Source: a virus. Taken from it: a stretch of 11,306 bases of DNA. Below are positions 1 through 6,526 of the stretch, in pieces. The first letter of the stretch is position 1. The number at the start of each line of letters is the position of its first letter. The notes under the pieces were generated by a model. It saw nothing but the letters and a program-made list of their open reading frames with translations. It made no database searches and was not told the DNA's origin. The stretch lies in the UHGV virus genome UHGV-1326493. The stretch is one strand, 5' to 3'. The position numbers and the translations under genes were made by a program.

Positions 1-362
1 GTATAAGGGACAGTTACTATGCTCAGGGTTTTTCATTGGCGTTGCTTGGCGAGCCTCTTTTTCAGAATAAGATGGAAGCTTGGATGCATGGCCCTGTTGT
101 CCCTGAGCTTTATCACCGTTATAAACAATATGGTAATGGTGCTATCCCTTCTCCAGAGTCTTTTGATGCTGAAAAATTCAGCGAAGAACAGTTAGAGCTA
201 TTAGAAGAAGTCTGGGATGTTTTTGGGCAATTTTCTGCCTGGAAACTGAGGAACATGACACACGAAGAGTCACCATGGAGATCAAACTATATTGAGGGTG
301 TTGGTGGTTCTGAAATTAGTTCTAAGGAGATGGCAGAGTACTTTGCAACTCGGATTAACTAA
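1..362 (+). CDS. Panacea (DUF4065)-domain protein, 5'-partial; gene starts upstream of the window
   Basis: The frame through nt 3-362 has no stop and reads ...IRDSYYAQGFSLALLGEPLFQNKMEAWMHGPVVPELYHRYKQYG..., matching the YYAQGW..LA..G.PLF...EAW..GPV.PELY signature I recall for DUF4065/Panacea (SocA/GepA-like) proteins. Stop TAA at 360-362. Track ORF 36..362 begins at a TTG internal to this frame. Confidence 0.7.
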   Translation, partial: IRDSYYAQGFSLALLGEPLFQNKMEAWMHGPVVPELYHRYKQYGNGAIPSPESFDAEKFSEEQLELLEEVWDVFGQFSAWKLRNMTHEESPWRSNYIEGVGGSEISSKEMAEYFATRIN

Positions 363-366
363 CGAG

Positions 367-786
367 ATGGCAAGAAAATCTAAAAGGATTATCCCCCCTG
401 CTGAATCTACAGGTAAGTTAAAGTTAGGGCCGCAGTCAGGGGGGAATTCAGATCAAAAGAAACCGAAATTTTCATTCTGTTACATCCAAAGCTCTCACTG
501 CATAACGAAATGCCAAAAAGATGAGAAAGCTGGCTTAGCTGATAAATTATACAGATTAAGTCAACTAACATGGGCAGATATTAAGCAGCAAGGTAGGCAT
601 AAGCTTGGATTTGAGAAGATTGCAAGGGGTGCAATTAAAGCAGGTATCCCCAGTCATATAACGGAAGACGTAGATCATTTCTTGGCTTTTAGATTTGATG
701 ATTTGAAAGCCATGGTTGGTTATCGTCTTGGATCGACATTTTTTGTTATATGGCTTGATAGAGAGTTCAACCTATACAAGCACTAA
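367..786 (+). CDS. hypothetical protein, 139 aa; coupled partner of the Panacea-domain gene, candidate toxin/effector
   Basis: First ATG (367) lies 4 nt after the upstream stop, with only a weak GAG upstream, so translational coupling is likely. Track ORF 292..786 starts at an overlapping TTG. Basic Pro/Gly-rich N-terminus (MARKSKRIIPPAESTGKLKLGPQSGG), then CYIQSSHCITKC, then a ~100-aa domain ending GYRLGSTFFVIWLDREFNLYKH. Stop TAA 784-786, followed directly by a terminator. Confidence 0.55.
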   Translation: MARKSKRIIPPAESTGKLKLGPQSGGNSDQKKPKFSFCYIQSSHCITKCQKDEKAGLADKLYRLSQLTWADIKQQGRHKLGFEKIARGAIKAGIPSHITEDVDHFLAFRFDDLKAMVGYRLGSTFFVIWLDREFNLYKH

Positions 787-790
787 TAAA

Positions 791-814
791 ACCCACCATC
801 AGGTGGGTTTTTTG
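791..814 (+). terminator. intrinsic terminator for the rightward two-gene unit
   Basis: ACCCACC (791-797) / loop ATCA / GGTGGGT (802-808) followed by a T-run through 813, directly after the stop at 784-786. The hairpin also encodes the last codons of mnt (KKPT) on the other strand. Confidence 0.6.
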
Positions 815-1050
815 TACAAATCCTTCAGCGTATCAAACACCATCTTCTTAACAAGTTCGGACTGCTCATCAGCGATGCGTTCCGCATCGTCTCGATAGCC
901 TGAAATTTTGGATTGCCTTGATACAGCATCAGTCACTATCTGAACTAATTCTGAATTAATAGAGCGGCCATTGGATTTGGCTCGCTGTTTTAGTTTTTCC
1001 TTTAATTCGTAAGGTAGCCGCAGATTAAATTGCGGGTCATCTCTTCCCAT
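799..1050 (-). CDS. mnt: Mnt-type ribbon-helix-helix repressor (P22 immI family), 83 aa
   Basis: MGRDDPQFNLRLPYELKEKLKQRAKSNGRSINSELVQIV...GYRDDAERIADEQSELVKKMVFDTLKDLYKKPT matches P22 Mnt as I recall it (ARDDPHFNFRMPMEVREKLKFRAEANGRSMNSELLQIV...DAERLADEQSELVKKMVFDTLKDLYKK). ATG is plus 'cat' at 1048-1050; AAGCGAGG upstream. Confidence 0.9.
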   Translation of the reverse strand: MGRDDPQFNLRLPYELKEKLKQRAKSNGRSINSELVQIVTDAVSRQSKISGYRDDAERIADEQSELVKKMVFDTLKDLYKKPT

Positions 1051-1113
1051 TCTTGATGCCTCGCTTTTGTGAGTGGATCGGCATCTTATTATTTGCTGGT
1101 TGCATCCTCAATA

Positions 1114-1128
1114 AGACCACTGTGGTCT
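1114..1128. promoter_or_regulatory. perfect 15-bp palindrome AGACCACTGTGGTCT, candidate Mnt operator next to a possible mnt promoter
   Basis: Perfect dyad 64-78 bp upstream of the mnt start codon. On the minus strand it is followed by TTGAGG (plus 1106-1111), a 16-nt spacer and TAAGAT (plus 1084-1089), which read as -35/-10 elements. Promoter assignment is by eye only. Confidence 0.4.
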
Positions 1129-1475
1129 CTTTATTTGATTAATAATGCATCACTGCGGCCACGCTGCAGCGATTCCTTGTATCTGGAGCAAATTAAATGA
1201 CAGATATTATAAATAGGAATTGTTATTTAATAATATTTGAAAATGAAAATCATGGACGATAGGAATAAAAGTAGTACTTGTTATTTTTAAGTGACGCATT
1301 AAACGCATAAAGCATATGTCTGTTGATCAAGATTCTTGCTTGTTGTAAAATAATTGTTTTGTTCATGTTGCATAGTTTTAAAGTGAATAGAAGATTATTT
1401 TTCAAAACAATTGCATCTTTGTCTGCAGTCATTCCGTTTTCTTCAATATCTAAATTTTCAAACAGGATGACTAAT

Positions 1476-4208
1476 ATGCCTGATATAACTCCAAATGTTG
1501 TAATTGGGATGCCTTCTCAACTCTTCACTATGGCTCGTTCTTTTAAAGCCGTAGCTAATGGCAAAATTTATATCGGTAAAATTGACACTGACCCTGTAAA
1601 TCCTGAAAACCAGATTCAGGTTTATGTAGAGAATGAAGATGGTTCTCACGTTCCTGTTTCGCAACCAATCGTTATCAATGCTGCTGGATATCCTGTATAT
1701 AACGGACAGATTGCTAAATTCGTTACTGTGAAAGGACACTCTATGGCTGTGTACGATGCTTATGGTACGCAGCAGTTCTATTTTCCGAATGTGCTGAAGT
1801 ATGACCCGGATCAGTTACGGCAGCAATTAGAAGATCCTGATGGTGCTAAAAAATACCCTGAATTACAGATTGCACGATGGCGGGATGATAAAGACGTTCG
1901 CGGGTGGGGGGCGGATGACTCTGGGAATAGAGATTCAACACAGGCTTTTCTTGACGCCGCATCTAGCGCAGGAAATAGTGGTTTGGTTCATGTGCCTTCT
2001 GGTGAGTTTATAGTTGATGCATCGAAAATAGATATTTCACGCTTCTCCGGTGATGGTGTTCTAATCAGTAATGGTGTTCGCATTTCTGTTAATCCGCCGA
2101 TGCAAAGTTTCTCCATTGGACAAAGAAAACTTGCGACCCTGAATTTTGGTGATGATATCAATGCGCCAACTATATATGCGAATGCACAAAATGCATTGCA
2201 GGGAATAGCTTGTGTAAGGCATGAAGGTATTGAGAAGGTTTTTATCACTCAACAGGTTGGAGGTTCTAACTGGGGAACGGACACCCTCACAAGGATCAGT
2301 GAGTGGCACTATACAAGCGATGGTTCGACCCTTTCTGTTGTGACATTTACAGAGCCATTGCCTCTTGGTCACGGTTCAGATCTTTCTGCCACAATAGAGA
2401 ACGGTGAACTATATCTGTTTACAACAACAATTGCTGAGACTGGTTCCTCTCTAGGAGGGAAGGGGTATTCAAAGACAAAATGGAAAGGGGCATCAACATC
2501 TGCTGAAGATATAACTCATTACCGAGTATTTGGTGAGCCGGGTGATAATAATCTGATTAACCTTGCGCAGCGGGCAAGTATTTGTGTATCTAATGATGGG
2601 CGATATGTCATATTAATTGCGACATCAAACGCTGGGACTGGCCGCTTTTTATACGTATATGATCGCAAAGAAGTGGAATCTTCTTCTAACCCAATGAAAG
2701 TTAGACCGATTAATGGTCCTGTTCCACTTGTCCGTGGTAAAGGTCAGTATGGTGCAACGCTTCAGGGTATTACATCAGATAGCAGATATATTTACACAAT
2801 TTGGGGTGGCGTTCCTGCAAGATGCGTAAGGACAGTCCAGATTTATGATATGGGTGGTACGCTAATACGTTCGTTTCCTGTATCACTTGCCGCATCACTT
2901 TATACAGAGACTCAGTTAAATGGTTCTGACTCTAAAATCGGAGTTCCGGTTAGCTTTGAGCCTGAAGGGCTGGCAATAAGAGGTGATGAACTTGTCTGTG
3001 GTGCTATGGATGTATGGAAAAGCGCAGGGGATGTTGTAAGCCATCGTGGTAAAAATTGGGTAAGTACTGTTACTGGTGATAACAAGGGAAATCTTCCGAC
3101 AAACAGGTCTTATTGGTTAAAAACATCGCTTGCAGCGACAAATGGTGAATGGGATTCAGGTGCAACATATAAATCAGGCGATTATACTCGCAGAAATAAG
3201 CATCTGTTTGGAGTAGCAAACCTGTCTGATATTCTTGGCAACCATCCAGTGCATGGCGCAGAATCCGATCCGTATACCGGAACCGCGTATCAATATTATG
3301 CTGGAACTGATATCGCCTTTAACCGTGAGCACGGTTCATTTACTATTGCGATATTTGACGAAGCCATTGGAGAGTATACCAAATCCCTCGAGTTGAATTA
3401 TGGAAATAACCTTAACCTGTTTGATACAGATTACGGCCATGACAATAATTCATGGGTAAGTACGAAAGCAGTATTCGACTCAAACTTTCGAGGTATGCAG
3501 TTCCGTTCTAAAGATGGCAATACTGCGGGTGGTGCTTATATTGATATCCATGCTGCTGATTGTCCATCTGCGGCTGGTGAGTTGATACTTGCCTCTACAG
3601 ATGGAGGTGTCGTCAGACTTAAGCAGGGGAATGTAACAGTATTTTCTGCGACTAAAGATACTACATCGACATGGGCGACGACGACATTAAGGCCAACAAC
3701 TGATAACCAGGTATCACTTGGAAGGTCCGTTAACCGCTTTTCTCAGGTCTACGCAGGGACTGCAACTATAAATACATCTGATGCAACAGAGAAAACGGAA
3801 GTCAGAACTCTTTCCGATAAAGAGCAGGCGGTTGGGTTAGCTCTTGTTGATGAAATTGGTTTTTATCAATGGCTTGATAGTGTAAAAAATAAGGGAGCTG
3901 ATGCCAGACTTCATGCCGGACTTACGGTGCAACGGGCAATGGAAATATTCAGAGAGAATGGACTTGATCCATTTAAATACGGAGCGATCTGCTATGACAG
4001 ATGGGATGCATATACAGATACAGATCCTGCTGTTTATGATGATGAAGGTAACCTTGTTCGTGAGGCTATAACTATTACGCATGAAGCAGGAGAACGCTAT
4101 GCATTCAGAAACGATGAATTACAGTATCTAATGATTGCTGCATTAGGTATACGTCAGAAAAATATTATAAAGAGGATTGAAGAACTGGAAAATAAGTTAA
4201 AAAATTAA
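1476..4208 (+). CDS. tailspike protein: P22-type head-binding N-terminal domain, distinct receptor-binding body, C-terminal intramolecular-chaperone-like domain
   Basis: N-terminus [59 protein letters not shown]...[10 protein letters not shown]...NVLKYDPDQ parallels P22 gp9 (MTDITANVVV...[38 protein letters not shown]...). Start chosen at ATG 1476, with AGGA 8 nt upstream and alignment to gp9 Met1; ATG 1467 is an alternative. The track start at 1323 is a coincidental in-frame extension through AT-rich leader. Stop TAA 4206-4208. Confidence 0.9.
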   Translation: MPDITPNVVIGMPSQLFTMARSFKAVANGKIYIGKIDTDPVNPENQIQVYVENEDGSHVPVSQPIVINAAGYPVYNGQIAKFVTVKGHSMAVYDAYGTQQFYFPNVLKYDPDQLRQQLEDPDGAKKYPELQIARWRDDKDVRGWGADDSGNRDSTQAFLDAASSAGNSGLVHVPSGEFIVDASKIDISRFSGDGVLISNGVRISVNPPMQSFSIGQRKLATLNFGDDINAPTIYANAQNALQGIACVRHEGIEKVFITQQVGGSNWGTDTLTRISEWHYTSDGSTLSVVTFTEPLPLGHGSDLSATIENGELYLFTTTIAETGSSLGGKGYSKTKWKGASTSAEDITHYRVFGEPGDNNLINLAQRASICVSNDGRYVILIATSNAGTGRFLYVYDRKEVESSSNPMKVRPINGPVPLVRGKGQYGATLQGITSDSRYIYTIWGGVPARCVRTVQIYDMGGTLIRSFPVSLAASLYTETQLNGSDSKIGVPVSFEPEGLAIRGDELVCGAMDVWKSAGDVVSHRGKNWVSTVTGDNKGNLPTNRSYWLKTSLAATNGEWDSGATYKSGDYTRRNKHLFGVANLSDILGNHPVHGAESDPYTGTAYQYYAGTDIAFNREHGSFTIAIFDEAIGEYTKSLELNYGNNLNLFDTDYGHDNNSWVSTKAVFDSNFRGMQFRSKDGNTAGGAYIDIHAADCPSAAGELILASTDGGVVRLKQGNVTVFSATKDTTSTWATTTLRPTTDNQVSLGRSVNRFSQVYAGTATINTSDATEKTEVRTLSDKEQAVGLALVDEIGFYQWLDSVKNKGADARLHAGLTVQRAMEIFRENGLDPFKYGAICYDRWDAYTDTDPAVYDDEGNLVREAITITHEAGERYAFRNDELQYLMIAALGIRQKNIIKRIEELENKLKN

Positions 4209-4299
4209 CGGAGTTTAATTAGGTGGTTTGCTGGGAGGGTTGCTTATAATCCTCCACTTTTAATTTGATTGTTAGAATATTATCGCTAATAAAATTACT

Positions 4300-4605
4300 A
4301 TGCATAGTGGTATTTCTATGGACATTACACCAGTTCTTCACGCTCTTTATGCTATAGCTGCACAGACACTGTGTGGCATACTTACCGGGAACTGGGCTTA
4401 CGGGGCGATAGCCGGTTGTGCGTTCTTCATTGCTCGTGAACATACCCAGGCAGAATATCGCTGGATTGAAATGTTCGGGCATGGCAAGCGTATGAATATG
4501 CCGTGGTGGGGAGGGTTTGATCCACGCGTGTGGGATGTGGGAAGTCTGTTGGATTTTTCTTTCCCAATTATCGGATGCTTATTGGTATGGATTCTTGCAT
4601 CGTAG
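4300..4605 (+). CDS. hypothetical small membrane protein (about 95-101 aa, 2-3 predicted hydrophobic helices)
   Basis: ORF reads ...MDITPVLHALYAIAAQTLCGILTGNWAYGAIAGCAFFIAREHTQAEYRWIEMFGHGKRMNMPWWGGFDPRVWDVGSLLDFSFPIIGCLLVWILAS, with hydrophobic stretches at both ends. No convincing SD for ATG 4300 or ATG 4318. A TATAAT hexamer lies at 4245-4250. Sits between the tailspike and sib/attP. Confidence 0.45.
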   Translation: MHSGISMDITPVLHALYAIAAQTLCGILTGNWAYGAIAGCAFFIAREHTQAEYRWIEMFGHGKRMNMPWWGGFDPRVWDVGSLLDFSFPIIGCLLVWILAS

Positions 4606-4703
4606 CGAACACATAATTACCGATGAAACAAAACTGAGGCACACAAAGCTTTGCACTGGATTGCAAGGTTTTGTGCTTCTCTGGAGTGCGACATTTTTTC
4701 ATG

Positions 4704-4747
4704 ACAAAAAATTAGCGCAAGAAGACAATAAATCACCTTGCGCTAAT
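4704..4747 (-). terminator. lambda-type tI terminator within the sib retroregulator region, for the leftward int transcript
   Basis: Minus strand reads GCATTAGCGCAAGGTGATTTATTGTCTTCTTGCGCTAATTTTTTG, i.e. ATTAGCGCAAG...CTTGCGCTAAT stem plus T-run, close to the lambda tI sequence as I recall it. Extended dyad symmetry continues leftward to about 4640. Confidence 0.7.
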
Positions 4748-4750
4748 GCT

Positions 4751-4992
4751 CTGTTACAGGTCACTAATACCATCTAAGTAGTTGATTCATAGTGACTGCA
4801 CATGCTGTGTTTTGCAGTATTATGTAGTCTATTATTTAGACCAAAACCATCATAACACATTGATATTGATGATTTTTCTTGTTTCTCATTCAGCTTTTTT
4901 ATACTAAGTTGGCCTTATAAAAAAGCATTGCTTATCAATTTGTTGCAACGAACAGGTCACTATCAGTCAAAATAAAATCATTATTTGATTTC
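4751..4992. other. attP: complete lambda-type attP (P arm, 15-bp core, P' arm)
   Basis: Core GCTTTTTTATACTAA at 4893-4907 flanked by CA...GTTGG as in lambda attP. Arm-type Int sites are present: P arm CTGTTACAGGTCACTAATAC and TTCATAGTGACTGCA (4751-4800), P' arm ACAGGTCACTATCAGTCAAAATAAAATCATTAT (4952-4984). The P' arm overlaps the 3' end of int, as in lambda. Confidence 0.85.
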
Positions 4993-6051
4993 AATTTTGT
5001 CCCACTCCCTGCCTCTGTCATCACGATACTGTGATGCCATGGTGTCCGACTTATGCCCGAGAAGATGTTGAGCAAATTTATCGCTTATCTGCTTCTCATA
5101 GAGTCTTGCAGACAAACTGCGCAACTCGTGAAAGGTTGGCGGATCCCCTTCGAAGGAAAGACCTGATGCTTTTCGTGCGCGCATAAAATACCTTGATACT
5201 GTGCCGGATGAAAGCGGTTCACGACGAGTAGATGCAATTATGGTTTCTCCGCCAAGAATCTCTTTGCATTTACCAAGTGTTTCCTTCATTGATATCCCGA
5301 GAGCATCAACATGCAATGTTGTAGGGATGGCAATTTTTACGCCTGTTTTGCTTTGCTCGACATAAAGATATCCATCTACGATATCAGACCACTTCATTTC
5401 GCATAAATCACCAACTCTCTGCCCGGTAACAACAGCCAGTTCCATTGCAAGTCTGAGCCAACATGGTGATGATTCTGCTGCTTGATAAATTTTCAGGTAT
5501 TCGTCAGCCGTAAGTCTTGATCTCCTTACCTCTGATTTTGCTGCGCGAGTGGCAGCGACCGGGTTTGTTGTTATATGGCCTTCAGCTATTGCCTCTCGGA
5601 ATGCATCGCTCAGTGTTGATCTGATTAACTTGGCTGACGCCGCCTTGCCCTCGTCTATGTATCCATTGAGCATTGCTGCAATTTCTTTTGTGGTGATGTC
5701 TTCAAGTGGAGCATCAGGCAGACCCCTCCTTATTGCTTTAATTTTGCTCATGTAATTTATGAGTGTCTTCTGCTTGATTCCTCTGTTGGCGAGGATTTTT
5801 TCGTAGCGATCAAGCCATGAATGTAACGTAACAGAATTATCACTGTTGATTCTCGCTGTCAGAGGCTTGTGTTTGTGTCCTGAAAATAACTCAATGTTGG
5901 CCTGTATAGCTTCAGTGATTGCTATCCTCCTGTCTCGGCCTAATCCAAACTCTTTACCCGTCCTTGGGTCCCTGTAGCAGTAATATCCATTGTTTCTTAT
6001 ATAAAGATTAGGGGGTAAATCCCGGTGCTCATGACTTCGCCTTCTTCCCAT
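4981..6051 (-). CDS. int: tyrosine integrase, lambda Int type, 356 aa
   Basis: MGRRRSHEHRDLPPNLYIRNNGYYCYRDPRTGKEFGLGRDRRIAITEAIQANIELF...HELRSLSARLYEKQISDKFAQHLLGHKSDTMASQYRDDRGREWDKIEIK is near-identical to lambda Int as I recall it. R-x-x-R, H-x-x-R, H and the Y in ...MASQYRDD are intact. Overlaps xis by 23 nt. Confidence 0.97.
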   Translation of the reverse strand: MGRRRSHEHRDLPPNLYIRNNGYYCYRDPRTGKEFGLGRDRRIAITEAIQANIELFSGHKHKPLTARINSDNSVTLHSWLDRYEKILANRGIKQKTLINYMSKIKAIRRGLPDAPLEDITTKEIAAMLNGYIDEGKAASAKLIRSTLSDAFREAIAEGHITTNPVAATRAAKSEVRRSRLTADEYLKIYQAAESSPCWLRLAMELAVVTGQRVGDLCEMKWSDIVDGYLYVEQSKTGVKIAIPTTLHVDALGISMKETLGKCKEILGGETIIASTRREPLSSGTVSRYFMRARKASGLSFEGDPPTFHELRSLSARLYEKQISDKFAQHLLGHKSDTMASQYRDDRGREWDKIEIK

Positions 6052-6247
6052 TTTTGATCCTCTTCAAAAGGCTACCTGTTACTGGTCGATTTAAGTCAAC
6101 CTTTACCGCTGATTCGTGGAACAGATACTCTCTTCCATCCTTAACCGGAGGAGGGAATATCCTGCACTCGCGTACCCATCGACGAACTGTTTCAAGGCTT
6201 CTTGGGCGTCGCTGGCGTGCGTTCCACTCCTGAAGTGTCAAGTACAT
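6029..6247 (-). CDS. xis: excisionase, lambda Xis type, 72 aa
   Basis: MYLTLQEWNARQRRPRSLETVRRWVRECRIFPPPVKDGREYLFHESAVKVDLNRP...KKAKS matches lambda Xis. Has the characteristic overlap with the int start. Confidence 0.95.
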   Translation of the reverse strand: MYLTLQEWNARQRRPRSLETVRRWVRECRIFPPPVKDGREYLFHESAVKVDLNRPVTGSLLKRIKNGKKAKS

Positions 6248-6270
6248 CGCAAAGTCTCCGCAATTACACG

Positions 6271-6297
6271 CAAGAAAAAGCCGCCATCAGGCGGCTT
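6271..6297 (-). terminator. hairpin plus T-run on the leftward strand between the 55-aa ORF and xis
   Basis: Minus strand: AAGCCGCC / loop TGAT / GGCGGCTT then TTTCTTG. The stop codon (TGA) of the upstream 55-aa ORF lies in the loop. Confidence 0.4.
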
Positions 6298-6454
6298 GGT
6301 GTTCTTTCAGTTCTTCAATTCGAATATTGGTTACGTCTGCATGTGCTATCTGCGCCCACAGCATCCAGTGGTCATAGCAGTCGTTGATGTTCTCTGCTTC
6401 GATAACTCTGTTGAATGGTTCTCCATTCCATTCACCTGTGACTTGGAAGTGCAT
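6287..6454 (-). CDS. hypothetical protein, 55 aa (not in the track; below its length cutoff)
   Basis: ATG at plus 6452-6454 (complement) is preceded by GGAG at 7-nt spacing. Translation MHFQVTGEWNGEPFNRVIEAENINDCYDHWMLWAQIAHADVTNIRIEELKEHQAA, stop TGA at 6287-6289. Co-directional with the operon. Confidence 0.45.
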   Translation of the reverse strand: MHFQVTGEWNGEPFNRVIEAENINDCYDHWMLWAQIAHADVTNIRIEELKEHQAA

Positions 6455-6526
6455 TTATCATCTCCATAAAACAAAACTCGCCGTAGCGAGTTCAGATAAA
6501 AGAAATCCCCGCGAGTGCGAGGATTG

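Noticed and set aside
292-366. TTG-initiated 5' extension of the second gene (track ORF 292..786), overlapping the Panacea gene
   Set aside because: It overlaps 70 nt of the upstream gene in another frame; the first ATG at 367 directly follows the upstream stop and is the simpler start.
1323-1475. Track places the tailspike start at 1323, giving 961 aa with leader [14 protein letters not shown]...
   Set aside because: The extension is an in-frame run through AT-rich leader with no RBS. Homology to P22 gp9 begins at MPDITPNVV, and AGGA sits 8 nt before ATG 1476.
1476-3776. Calling the tailspike an endosialidase (K1 capsule depolymerase) because of its C-terminal chaperone domain
   Set aside because: The chaperone domain occurs on many unrelated fibers and spikes. 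The S-x-D-G motifs are not canonical Asp-boxes (S-x-D-x-G-x-T-W), and I cannot verify catalytic residues without alignment.
1250-4082. Minus-strand ORFs 1250..1432, 1458..1739, 1988..2248, 2061..2372 and 3837..4082, plus plus-strand ORF 716..898
   Set aside because: They lie antisense to or overlapping well-supported genes (tailspike, mnt), lack RBS, and have low-complexity or AT-driven composition.
4219-4777. ORFs 4219..4482 (minus) and 4517..4777 (plus)
   Set aside because: The first is antisense to the better-looking membrane ORF. The second runs through sib, tI and the attP P arm, which are structured non-coding DNA.
6467-6492. Second small hairpin (AACTCGC/CGTA/GCGAGTT plus T-rich run on the minus strand) between the ASCH-like gene and the 55-aa ORF, as a terminator
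   Set aside because: The stem is short and sits mid-operon just ahead of an SD; it is more likely an RNA structure or processing site than a terminator, so it is not listed as a feature.
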